A stretch of 33,316 nucleotides of DNA from an uncultured Candidatus Saccharibacteria bacterium (GTDB lineage Bacteria > Patescibacteriota > Minisyncoccia > Phycocordibacterales > UBA9973): the NCBI GenBank assembly GCA_964356875.1, contig CAYHIX010000005.1, positions 1 to 33,316 on the forward strand, written 5' to 3'. The position numbers were made by a program, and so were the translations under genes. Each line of letters begins with the position of its first letter. Position 1 is the stretch's first letter. Shown one piece after another: positions 19,647-28,323 of the stretch. The notes below the pieces were generated by a model. The model searched no databases and was not told the DNA's origin. It saw only the letters and a program-made list of their open reading frames with translations.

Positions 19647-22646
19647 ATGACCGCACTTAAGAAGACGGAAAAATCCTTTGAAGAAGAGTATAAAAGGCTA
19701 AATAAAGAGCAAAAGGAGGCTGTAGATACCCTAGAAGGGCCTGTCATGGTGGTGGCTGGTCCTGGAACCGGCAAGACTCAGATCTTAGCACTACGGATAG
19801 GTAATATCCTCAAAAAGGGAGCTTCTTCACCTGATGGTATTTTATGTCTTACATTTACTCGTTCGGGGGTGAGAGCCATGAAGCATAGACTCGAAGACTA
19901 TATAGGGGCCGACGCAAACAAGGTCCAGATATCTACCTTTCACTCTTTTGCAAATGAGCTTGTAGAAAAACATTATAATCTTTTAGATTTTAAAACCACC
20001 CCAAAGCTCCTCGAGGAGGATGAAGCTGTGTTTTTGGTAGATGAAATAATGCAAAAAAATGAGTGGGAACACTTGCGTCCTCGCTCAAACCCGACAATGT
20101 ATTTCAATGATTTAAAGCAGCTCATCTCTGTGTTAAAGAGAGAAAGGTTGACCCCGGAAGTATTTTTATCTTTCGTAGAAGAAGATATTAAAAATTTAAA
20201 GACTGATCCAGATAGTGTCTCCACACGAGGCGAGAGTAAGGGTAAACTCAAAAAAGAAATTGAGAAAAAAATAGAGTCACTTGAGCGCACGCGAGAGGTG
20301 GTTTCTTTTTACAGACTATACGAAGAAAAGAAAAAAGAAGAGGGATTCATGGATTACGATGATGTTTTAGAATACGCAGTCAAGCTCGTTGAAGAATACG
20401 AAAACGTCAGGGCAGATATTTATGAAAATTTTTTATATGTGTTGGTCGACGAGCATCAAGACAGTAGTGGAGTACAGAATAATTTTATAAAAGGTGTATG
20501 GAAAGATACAGAGAAACCAAACATCTTTGTGGTGGGGGATGATAGGCAGCTCATATATGCATTTTCTGGAGCCAAACTTTCATATTTTGAAGAATTTAAA
20601 AATTTTTTTGGTAAAGCCAAGCTCATCACACTAGTTGAAAATTATCGCTCTACGGCAAACATCCTCAGCCTTGCAGATGATTTACTTTCAAGCTCGCTCA
20701 CTATAGATAAACTTCACTCTAATACGAAAGGACAAGAAAAAATATTATTGCAAGAATATACATATCCCCGAGATGAAATGCTCGGTGCTGCGCTGTATTT
20801 TAAACAAAAAATACAAAATGGAGCAAAGGCAGAAGACTGCGCGATATTAGTGCCAAAGAATTTCCATGTACGTAGCTCTATGCAGATATTGCTCGACATG
20901 GGTTTACCAGTATCTACAGGGAAGAGCACTTCGCTTTTTAATACCAAGGAAGCTCGGGCGTTTGTGCGAGTTCTAAATATCGTAAATGATCCTTTTAACC
21001 CCATACTACTCACCGAGTCGCTACTCGACAGTACTAGCAATACAAAGTCTTTTGAGGCGCATAAATTTTTAAAAAACATAAAGCCGAACTTTTTAACTAT
21101 CGAAGATTTTATAAAGCACGGATCTGGTGATGGACTTTTTGCCACAGAGAATACGATATCTACTTGGGGTAAATTATTAAAAGAGTGGGTAGAATTATCA
21201 AGTGAAAAGCTGTCTTATGTTATAAGTAAAATAGGTAATGAGTTATTGATAGATAATTCCAAAAATCATGAAGACTTACTTACTCGAGTCGAAGTCGTGC
21301 GTAGCTTTATTCATCTTGCACTCGTTTTTGAACAAAAAAATCCGAATAGAGACCTGAAGAATTTTTTAGAATATTTAAGTAGGCTCCAGAGTTATGGGAA
21401 TCACATCAGCATTGCTACTTTTGGATCCGAAGAGGGTATCGCCGTCATGACTCTCCATAAAGCAAAAGGATTAGAATACAAACATGTATGGGTAGGGCAT
21501 ATGAATGAAGAGGTTTTGATGAGTGGTAAAAAGTCGGGGTTTTCATTACCAGAAAAAGTAAAGATGCATCTGCACGAAAGAGACATAGAAAATGCCAAGA
21601 GAGAGCTGTATGTGGCTATTACTCGAGCCAAAGAGTCCTGTGTCATTTCATATGCAGGTGAGAATTATAATGGTGGAGAGATGACGCTGGCAGAAATAAT
21701 ACGAGAATTACCAGACACGCATTTTATTAAAAAGAACAAAGAGGAGACAGAAAGGGAGATAATGAGTGACAAGCTAGGTGTGAAGATCTTCACTAGTTTT
21801 ATCGAAGGGCACCACGGAGACACCTTAGATGAAATTAAAAGTTTTGTAAAAGAAAATTACAAAGATAGCAAAGTGTCTGTTTCTCTACTCAATAATTTCT
21901 TCGAATGTCCTTGGAAGTGGTATTTTAGGAATTTCTTAAAGTTGCCAGAAGTCAAAGGCACATCTCTGGCTCTCGGATCCGCTGTGCACTCTACACTAGA
22001 ATTTATATTGAAAAATAAATCCCTACCAAAAGACAAAGAGATAAAAGAAAGAATAAAATACGAACTATCCAAAGAGGGCATACAAGATGAGAAAGAAATA
22101 AATAGAATCTTCAAAGATGCCAAGTCTGCAGTGGATAATTGGGTAGAATTTTACTATAAAAAATTATTAAAAGATCATGAATCCGAGAGATCTATCCAAT
22201 TTAGAGATCCAAAATACAAAGACTTACTTATGTATGGCAAGCTAGACCTAACAGAAAGGGATGAGGAAGGGAATGTTATTATCACGGATTTCAAAACAGG
22301 TAAACCTAAAACTAAATCTGAAATAGAGAAACTAGATACGGAAGGTAGACTCTTATCATACATGCGCCAGCTGGCGATGTATTCGTATTTAGTAGCGGGG
22401 GCAGAAAAAGGTAGACAAGTCGCTGAGTCTAAGCTTTTGTTCCTCGAAGGAAAGCCCGAAGATAAAAATTCCGTGTATTCTACTTTTATTGATAATGAAA
22501 AAATAGATCTACTAAAGCGAGATGTAGAGGACTATATAAACGATATCGAAACCGGTGAGTGGGTAAACAAGAAATGCCACTTTAAATCCTGGGGTAGCGG
22601 AAAAGACGAATGTGAATATTCAGCATTAGCTAAGAGGATTATCTAG
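19647..22646 (+). CDS. UvrD/Rep superfamily 1 helicase with C-terminal PD-(D/E)XK nuclease
   Basis: AGPGTGKT, DEHQD, VGDDRQLIY, ENYRS, TLHKAKGLE, YVAITRAK; GKLD...DFKTG and QLAMY nuclease motifs. Confidence 0.9.
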   Translation: MTALKKTEKSFEEEYKRLNKEQKEAVDTLEGPVMVVAGPGTGKTQILALRIGNILKKGASSPDGILCLTFTRSGVRAMKHRLEDYIGADANKVQISTFHSFANELVEKHYNLLDFKTTPKLLEEDEAVFLVDEIMQKNEWEHLRPRSNPTMYFNDLKQLISVLKRERLTPEVFLSFVEEDIKNLKTDPDSVSTRGESKGKLKKEIEKKIESLERTREVVSFYRLYEEKKKEEGFMDYDDVLEYAVKLVEEYENVRADIYENFLYVLVDEHQDSSGVQNNFIKGVWKDTEKPNIFVVGDDRQLIYAFSGAKLSYFEEFKNFFGKAKLITLVENYRSTANILSLADDLLSSSLTIDKLHSNTKGQEKILLQEYTYPRDEMLGAALYFKQKIQNGAKAEDCAILVPKNFHVRSSMQILLDMGLPVSTGKSTSLFNTKEARAFVRVLNIVNDPFNPILLTESLLDSTSNTKSFEAHKFLKNIKPNFLTIEDFIKHGSGDGLFATENTISTWGKLLKEWVELSSEKLSYVISKIGNELLIDNSKNHEDLLTRVEVVRSFIHLALVFEQKNPNRDLKNFLEYLSRLQSYGNHISIATFGSEEGIAVMTLHKAKGLEYKHVWVGHMNEEVLMSGKKSGFSLPEKVKMHLHERDIENAKRELYVAITRAKESCVISYAGENYNGGEMTLAEIIRELPDTHFIKKNKEETEREIMSDKLGVKIFTSFIEGHHGDTLDEIKSFVKENYKDSKVSVSLLNNFFECPWKWYFRNFLKLPEVKGTSLALGSAVHSTLEFILKNKSLPKDKEIKERIKYELSKEGIQDEKEINRIFKDAKSAVDNWVEFYYKKLLKDHESERSIQFRDPKYKDLLMYGKLDLTERDEEGNVIITDFKTGKPKTKSEIEKLDTEGRLLSYMRQLAMYSYLVAGAEKGRQVAESKLLFLEGKPEDKNSVYSTFIDNEKIDLLKRDVEDYINDIETGEWVNKKCHFKSWGSGKDECEYSALAKRII

Positions 22647-22669
22647 AGAGTCCTACATCCCATAAATAA

Positions 22670-22697
22670 TTGCACTAATTTTAATACATGTTATAGT
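22670..22697 (+). promoter_or_regulatory. sigma70-type promoter of the proC leader
   Basis: TTGCAC-16 nt-TATAGT with TG extension; predicted +1 at about 22704. Confidence 0.7.
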
Positions 22698-22703
22698 AAA
22701 ATT

Positions 22704-22778
22704 ATGTTTAAAAAGCGACAAATCAATAGCTCACCGGTACCTCCATCCACAAATTGGGTGGTTGGTTTTTGCTTTTAA
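22704..22778 (+). CDS. putative proline leader peptide, 24 aa, leaderless
   Basis: MFKKRQINSSPVPPSTNWVVGFCF; CCG-GTA-CCT-CCA codons; ATG 6 nt after the -10; upstream of proC. Confidence 0.65.
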   Translation: MFKKRQINSSPVPPSTNWVVGFCF

Positions 22779-22811
22779 AATTCTCTAAAAAATATATTGA
22801 TAGCAAGAAGG

Positions 22812-22836
22812 AACCACTCAATGGAGTGGTTTTTTT
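22812..22836 (+). terminator. attenuator terminator in proC leader
   Basis: AACCACTC-AATG-GAGTGGTT then T tract. Confidence 0.8.
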
Positions 22837-22894
22837 GTTCTTTAATGAAAGAATGTTCTTTAACAACTAAATAGCCTTAAGGAGGGCAAGTAAA

Positions 22895-23695
22895 ATGGAA
22901 AAATTCGCAGTCCTAGGTGCCGGTCATGGCATAGGATTATCAATCGCCGAAGGTATTAGATCAGCAGGTATAACAAAAGAAAAAATTGTTATAACACGAA
23001 AAAGTAGCCCTTTTTCGGATGAGGAAAAAGTATTTGAATGCACTTACGACAATAAAAAAGCCGTAGCTAGTTCAAATATTATAATCATAGCTGTTCAGCC
23101 AGGTCAGGTAGATGAATTGCTTAAAGAAGTTAAAAGCGTTCTTACAGAACAACATCTTTTGATTTCTGTCGTTTCTGGTTTGGAGATTAAGCAGATTCAA
23201 GCAGTGGTCGGTAAAATACCGATCGCAAGAGCAATGCCTAATATTGCAATAAAAGTTAAGGAATCTATGACATCTTTAACTCTAAGTAAAGAAGGAGAAA
23301 AACATAACGCATTAGTGAAAAGCATCTTTGATTCAGTAGGGCTGACACTTGTAATACCTGAAAACAAGTTCCCTGAAGCAACAGGGTTATTTGGATCAGG
23401 ACCAGCATTCGGATTGAAATACATCCGTGCATATATGCAAGCGTGCATCCAAAATGGATTCAATGAAAAAGATTCATTAATGATTGCAATCCAAGTTATC
23501 AAAGGAGCAGTAATGCTTCTAGAGACTACAGGTAGCCACCCCGAAGTTGAGATAGACAGAGTCACTACTCCAGGTGGCTGCACTATTAGGGGTATTGTGG
23601 GAATGGCTCATGCCGGTTTTGATTCAGCTTTAATAAAAGGAACCGAAGTGTGCATAGAAAGAGCACGAGAACTTTATCAAAAAAAGAACAAGTGA
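22895..23695 (+). CDS. proC: pyrroline-5-carboxylate reductase
   Basis: GAGHGIG Rossmann motif, AVQP, RAMPN, GSGPA, VTTPGGCT; strong SD TAAGGAGG. Confidence 0.95.
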   Translation: MEKFAVLGAGHGIGLSIAEGIRSAGITKEKIVITRKSSPFSDEEKVFECTYDNKKAVASSNIIIIAVQPGQVDELLKEVKSVLTEQHLLISVVSGLEIKQIQAVVGKIPIARAMPNIAIKVKESMTSLTLSKEGEKHNALVKSIFDSVGLTLVIPENKFPEATGLFGSGPAFGLKYIRAYMQACIQNGFNEKDSLMIAIQVIKGAVMLLETTGSHPEVEIDRVTTPGGCTIRGIVGMAHAGFDSALIKGTEVCIERARELYQKKNK

Positions 23696-23709
23696 CTTTT
23701 TCATCAAAA

Positions 23710-23744
23710 AAAAGCTCAGATGGATTTATTTCATCTGAGCTTTT
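23710..23744. terminator. bidirectional intrinsic terminator after proC
   Basis: AAAAGCTCAGATG...CATCTGAGCTTTT. Confidence 0.85.
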
Positions 23745-23843
23745 CTATATTAATTTAGGTCCATTGTCGAGCCAGCCTAAATAAAAACCGATGGATATAA
23801 AGATGATTATGAGGATTACCAGCATCCAGTATGTCTTGTTCAT
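23745..23843 (-). CDS. 32-aa single-TM small protein, probably leaderless; not in ORF track
   Basis: MNKTYWMLVILIIIFISIGFYLGWLDNGPKLI; TGg-TACAAT 6 nt before the ATG; stop abuts the terminator. Confidence 0.6.
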   Translation of the reverse strand: MNKTYWMLVILIIIFISIGFYLGWLDNGPKLI

Positions 23844-23909
23844 ATGTTTATTGTACCACAGTGTTTCTAGCTTGTAATTTTGTGTTTTTGGCTATAAGAT
23901 GGTTTATAT

Positions 23910-25022
23910 ATGTTCAAGAAGGTAAACACCAAATCTAAAGAAGATCTTTTAAAGATTCTACAAAACGAGACTTTCGCGAGGAAAACTCTATCTTTTTATC
24001 GTTATGTAAAGATAAAAGACCCAAAGGCGATGAGGGATATGTTGTTTGATAAATTTTCCGAGCTTGGATGCTTAGGGAGAATTTATATTGCTTCTGAAGG
24101 AATAAATGCACAGATGAATGTACCTGAGCACAACTGGACTGCTTTTGATCAATTTATTCAAAGCACTGAAGAATTTTCTGGTGTACCTTATAAATTTGCA
24201 GTAGAGGAAAAACCTGCCCGCAGTGCCTTCAGCACAGCTGATGCAGGCGGGGGCAAAGGAGTATTGTCTAGTTTTATAAAATTAATAGTGAAGGTTCGCC
24301 CAAAGATCGTGGCTGATGGGCTTGATGATGCAACCTTTGATCCGTCTGATACCGGAGATTATGCTACCGCCATAGATGTGAATAACATGATTGATCGTGG
24401 AGTGACAGTGATAGATATGCGCAATTTTTACGAAGCCATGATAGGGCATTTTAAGGGTGCAAAGATAATGGAGGTTGATACATTTCGAGAACAATTAAAA
24501 AAAGTGCATGATATGTTTCGTGATAAAAAAGATGAAGAAGTCTTATTATATTGTACTGGCGGCATCCGCTGCGAGAAGGCCTCTGCCTGGATGAAGCACA
24601 ATGGTTTTAAAAATGTGAAACATATCAAGGGAGGAATCATAGAATATGCTCACCAGGTTAAAGAGAAGGGTCTACAAAACAAATTCCTCGGCAAGAATTT
24701 TGTTTTTGATGAACGAATGGGAGAGAAAGTCGGAGGTGAAACAATTTCTTTCTGTCAGGTGTGTGAAAAGGAAAAATGCGATAACTATATTCATTGTAAA
24801 AATAAATCTTGCCATATATTGTTTCTCTGCTGTGAAGCGTGTCAGAGTAAATTGAGAGGTTATTGTTCACGAGTGTGCAATATTTGTGATAAATTTCCTA
24901 GGAAAATCAATAAATTCTTTATGGGGGCTGATGGGCAAAAGAATAAAAATCATTATAAGAAAAATTATAAAAGGGCAAGAGTTAATACCCAGATTAGCCC
25001 AGTTGCAGAAGATTTGGTATAG
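23910..25022 (+). CDS. trhO: rhodanese-domain tRNA uridine(34) hydroxylase TrhO/YceA (UPF0176)
   Basis: SFYRY, GRIYIASEGINAQ, DMRNFYE..IGHF, YCTGGIRCEKAS, GKNFVFDER, Cys-rich C-terminus. Confidence 0.9.
   Translation: MFKKVNTKSKEDLLKILQNETFARKTLSFYRYVKIKDPKAMRDMLFDKFSELGCLGRIYIASEGINAQMNVPEHNWTAFDQFIQSTEEFSGVPYKFAVEEKPARSAFSTADAGGGKGVLSSFIKLIVKVRPKIVADGLDDATFDPSDTGDYATAIDVNNMIDRGVTVIDMRNFYEAMIGHFKGAKIMEVDTFREQLKKVHDMFRDKKDEEVLLYCTGGIRCEKASAWMKHNGFKNVKHIKGGIIEYAHQVKEKGLQNKFLGKNFVFDERMGEKVGGETISFCQVCEKEKCDNYIHCKNKSCHILFLCCEACQSKLRGYCSRVCNICDKFPRKINKFFMGADGQKNKNHYKKNYKRARVNTQISPVAEDLV
24213..24251. repeat. 39-nt GC-rich palindrome in frame within trhO
   Basis: CCTGCCCGCA-GTGC-CTTCA-GCAC-AGCTGA-TGCAGGCGGG, encoding PARSAFSTADAGG. 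Confidence 0.65.
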
Positions 25023-25054
25023 TTATTTACATATTATAAATTAATTAATAATTT

Positions 25055-25321
25055 ATGTCAGACGAAAAACACGAAGAAGAAGAAAAAGAATTAATACATG
25101 GTTTTGATATCCACGCGGGGGAACACACAAGAGCTTTAGAGTATATGATAAAAAATATGAATGAGAAACAAGTCAAAGATATGGTTCACATAGCAAAAGG
25201 AGGACATGGTGCGGATTTTAAGGTTGTTATGCATGGACAAGAGAACAAAGGACATCATGAAGATTACAAATTAGTTCACGAGGGTGGAAAATTGCGTATA
25301 AGTCGAGCTCATCATAATTAA
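25055..25321 (+). CDS. His-rich hypothetical protein
   Basis: 88 aa with 12 His; stop 3 nt before pheS. Confidence 0.7.
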   Translation: MSDEKHEEEEKELIHGFDIHAGEHTRALEYMIKNMNEKQVKDMVHIAKGGHGADFKVVMHGQENKGHHEDYKLVHEGGKLRISRAHHN

Positions 25322-25324
25322 TTA

Positions 25325-26032
25325 ATGATTGAAGAAAAGCAAAAGGGCACGATGCACCCACTTAATATTTTAGCTGACGAAGCCTACCAGGCTTTTTCAG
25401 AAATGGGTTTTGAGATTGCGACTGGCCCTGAGCTAGAGAGTGAGTGGTATAATTTTGATGTTTTAAATGTTCCAAAGGATCATCCAGCTCGGGATATGCA
25501 AGATACTTTTGTTATAAAAAACGAAAAAGAAAAAGTATTACGAACACATACTACAAGTGTCACTGCACGAGCCATAGAGCAAGCAAACAAAGAGGGTATA
25601 AAAAATTGTGCATTTATTTCCATTGGAAAAGTTTTCAGGAATGAAGCAACTGATTTTTCACATGAGATGCAATTCTTCCAGATAGATGGCTCTATGGTCG
25701 GGGAGAATATTTCAATTGCTGATCTAAAGGGTGTACTTACTCATTTTTATAAAAAGATGCTTGGCCCTGATGTAGAAATAGAATTCCGCCCAAGCTTCTT
25801 CCCGTTCACAGAGCCTTCGCTCGAAGTTTTTGCAAAGTTTAAAGGTAACTGGCTCGAGATGATGGGTGCGGGGATGCTGCATCCAAATGTTTTGCGTAAT
25901 ATCGGGCTTGATCCTGAAAAAGTGCAAGGCTTTGCTTTTGGTGGTGGGCTCGACCGTATTGCTATGATCAAATGGGGTATCCCAGATGTTCGACTTTTTT
26001 ATCAAGGAGATCTAAGGCTCAATCAGTTTTAA
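25325..26032 (+). CDS. pheS: phenylalanine-tRNA ligase alpha subunit, lacking the N-terminal coiled coil
   Basis: HP, NFDVLN.PKDHPARDMQDTF, LRTHT, FFPFTEPS, GFAFGGGLDR. Confidence 0.95.
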   Translation: MIEEKQKGTMHPLNILADEAYQAFSEMGFEIATGPELESEWYNFDVLNVPKDHPARDMQDTFVIKNEKEKVLRTHTTSVTARAIEQANKEGIKNCAFISIGKVFRNEATDFSHEMQFFQIDGSMVGENISIADLKGVLTHFYKKMLGPDVEIEFRPSFFPFTEPSLEVFAKFKGNWLEMMGAGMLHPNVLRNIGLDPEKVQGFAFGGGLDRIAMIKWGIPDVRLFYQGDLRLNQF

Positions 26033-26041
26033 TTTTTTAGT

Positions 26042-27844
26042 ATGAAAGTATCTTATAATTGGCTCAAATGGTACATACCAGAAGCTCCAGAAGCAGAAAA
26101 GCTTGCTGATCTTTTTACATATCATGTGGCTGAAGTGGAAAGTTTTGAAAAATTACCCAATGGAGATTTTATATATGATATTAAAATTTTACCAAATAGA
26201 GCTCATGATCTACTCTCACACCAAGGCATAGCTCGTGAAGTCGCTTCGCTTTTAAATATAAATTTTGTTGACCCTACTCCTAAATATAAAATTCCCGAAT
26301 CAAAACCAACAAATTTAAAAATAAATATTTTAACAGACAAGGACCGTAGGCATGTCGGGCGGGTAGTTCGCGGTGTTACAGTAGGGCCGTCGCCCGAGTG
26401 GGTGGTGGATCATCTCACTGCAATAGGGCAGAGAAGTATAAACAACATAGTGGATGCGACAAACATCGTTATGTTTGATTGCGGGCAACCGACCCACGCT
26501 TTTGATTTAAGTAAGGTTGAAGGTGCAGAGCTAAACATAAGAGATGCAAAAGATGGTGAGAAAGTAGTACTGCTCACAGGTGAAGAGAAAACCTTAAAAG
26601 AAGGAATGCTCGCTATTTGTGATAGAGAGGGGAACATTTTAGATACAGGGATAAAGGGGTGCAAACCTGCAGAAATCACAAGCATCACTACAGATCTTAT
26701 CCTCGAAGCTGACAATTTTGACCCAGTGTTTGCAAGGAAAACAGGGCAAGCCTTAAACATAGTCACTGATGCTAGGAAAAGATTTGAGAATGATCTTTCT
26801 CCTACGCTTGCCCCTTATGCCATGCGCGAGCTCTCTGCATTGATTGCTGAGATGTGCCCCGAGGCAACATTTGAAGACATAGTAGATACATATCCACAAG
26901 AACAAGAAGAGCGTAAACTTTCTTTTTCTATATCGAAAATTTCTAAAATTTTAGGAGTAGAAGTGTCGCTGATTGAAGTGGGTAATATTCTCGAGAGATA
27001 TCATATTGGATACAAGAACGACGGAGATATGTTTGAGATAGTCGTGCCACCTATGCGCCTTGACTTAAATATCGAAGAAGACATGGCCGAAGAAATAGGA
27101 AGAATAATAGGCTATGACAGGGTATTGGGCTCTGTGCCTCAGATAGAATTTAAAACAAAGGGAAATGAAACTTATGCAAAGATATCTTTAGCGAGGAATA
27201 AACTTTTAGATGATGGGTATAGCGAAGTCATGACTTATGTATTTTGTGACAAGGGTGAAGTAGAGGTGATGCAGAGTGCATCTGACAAGAAATTCTTAAG
27301 GACAAACCTCACTGACGGTGTAAAAGAAAGTTTAAAATTAAATAAAACAAATGCGCCGCTTCTCGGACTCGCTGATGTGAAAATTTTTGAAATTGGAACT
27401 GTATTTTTAAAAGATCACGAAGAAATCCGTGTGTGTTATGGAGACAAGAAAGAGATAAAAGAATTATCCTTAGATGAATTTGTGAAAAATAATCCTTCAA
27501 ATCCAGCGAATCCAGCTCGGACATCAGATGCGTCTCCTGAAGAAAATTCTTTGCAAAAATTCCGCATGTGGTCACTCTTTCCATTCATCGCTCGCGACGT
27601 GGCTGTGTGGGCTACAAGTGAAGCTGAAAGTCAGCAAATTCATGAAGTCATAAAAGAATCCATGGGAGATATGGTGGTCAAAGGGCCAGATTTATTTGAT
27701 ACATTTACCAAAGAAGGCAAGACTTCTTATGCTTTCAAGCTGATCTTTCAATCTTATGAGCGGACACTCACAGACGTGGAGGTGAATGAAGTTATGGCTA
27801 AAATAGCTGATAATATAAAGGCAAAAGGCTGGGAAGTCAGATAG
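26042..27844 (+). CDS. pheT: phenylalanine-tRNA ligase beta subunit, shortened
   Basis: MKVSYNWL, PNRAHDLLSHQGIARE, SINNIVDATN, GQPTHAFD, RLDL.IEEDMAEEIGRI.GY, C-terminal FDX-ACB domain. Confidence 0.95.
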   Translation: MKVSYNWLKWYIPEAPEAEKLADLFTYHVAEVESFEKLPNGDFIYDIKILPNRAHDLLSHQGIAREVASLLNINFVDPTPKYKIPESKPTNLKINILTDKDRRHVGRVVRGVTVGPSPEWVVDHLTAIGQRSINNIVDATNIVMFDCGQPTHAFDLSKVEGAELNIRDAKDGEKVVLLTGEEKTLKEGMLAICDREGNILDTGIKGCKPAEITSITTDLILEADNFDPVFARKTGQALNIVTDARKRFENDLSPTLAPYAMRELSALIAEMCPEATFEDIVDTYPQEQEERKLSFSISKISKILGVEVSLIEVGNILERYHIGYKNDGDMFEIVVPPMRLDLNIEEDMAEEIGRIIGYDRVLGSVPQIEFKTKGNETYAKISLARNKLLDDGYSEVMTYVFCDKGEVEVMQSASDKKFLRTNLTDGVKESLKLNKTNAPLLGLADVKIFEIGTVFLKDHEEIRVCYGDKKEIKELSLDEFVKNNPSNPANPARTSDASPEENSLQKFRMWSLFPFIARDVAVWATSEAESQQIHEVIKESMGDMVVKGPDLFDTFTKEGKTSYAFKLIFQSYERTLTDVEVNEVMAKIADNIKAKGWEVR

Positions 27845-27846
27845 GC

Positions 27847-27874
27847 TTTACATATATCTAAAATAGGTTATAAT
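27847..27874 (+). promoter_or_regulatory. sigma70-type promoter
   Basis: TTTACA-16 nt-TATAAT. Confidence 0.7.
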
Positions 27875-27991
27875 GCATAGGAAATAAATAAAGCAAGTAA
27901 TTCTTTACTCTATAAAGAGTTACAAGACCTTCAACCGAAGGCCTGTTTTATTTATAATTAGTTATTTTTATTTTAAGGAGAAAAAAAAGTT

Positions 27992-28066
27992 ATGAAAATC
28001 ATAGATGAGGAGTTCTCTCCGAATCCCTTTAATCCTCAAAGGGAGGGTAAGAATTTTGCCGCATGA
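27992..28066 (+). CDS. possible 24-aa peptide
   Basis: AAGGAG at 27975-27980; MKIIDEEFSPNPFNPQREGKNFAA; TGA-T-ATG junction to next ORF. Confidence 0.3.
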   Translation: MKIIDEEFSPNPFNPQREGKNFAA

Positions 28067-28067
28067 T

Positions 28068-28280
28068 ATGATGAAACGTGGTGCTACCGCTACTGCAGTA
28101 GCACCACAGAAAAAAGTAAAAATGCGTGTCATGTTTGAAAATGCGCATAATCTTGTTGATGGTATGCCTGTAAGGGAAACCACTTTGGGCGATAAGGTTA
28201 TTTATCGAGTTTTTTTGAAAACTGGTAAGCCTACTTATCGTAGTAGTTATATTAATTATTTTGGGATATTTATTTTTTAA
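28068..28280 (+). CDS. hypothetical protein, 70 aa
   Basis: Part of ORF 28005-28280, between a promoter and a terminator; start uncertain; no family recognised. Confidence 0.35.
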   Translation: MMKRGATATAVAPQKKVKMRVMFENAHNLVDGMPVRETTLGDKVIYRVFLKTGKPTYRSSYINYFGIFIF

Positions 28281-28323
28281 TGTCCCAATAAGCGATCCCA
28301 GGAAGGTTCGATCAAAGGGAAGT

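Noticed and set aside
27488-27545. NPSNPANPARTSDAS linker in pheT, faintly like the trhO insert peptide
   Set aside because: No clear palindrome at DNA level; a short tandem duplication in a linker explains it.
27992-28150. TGA read-through or genetic code 25 extending the 24-aa ORF
   Set aside because: truB and proC end at TGA at expected lengths, no conserved gene needs TGA as sense, and the extension soon ends at TAA.
28290-28322. CCAGGAAGG resembling the SRP RNA loop
   Set aside because: Flanking conserved SRP helix-8 residues and the long stem are absent.
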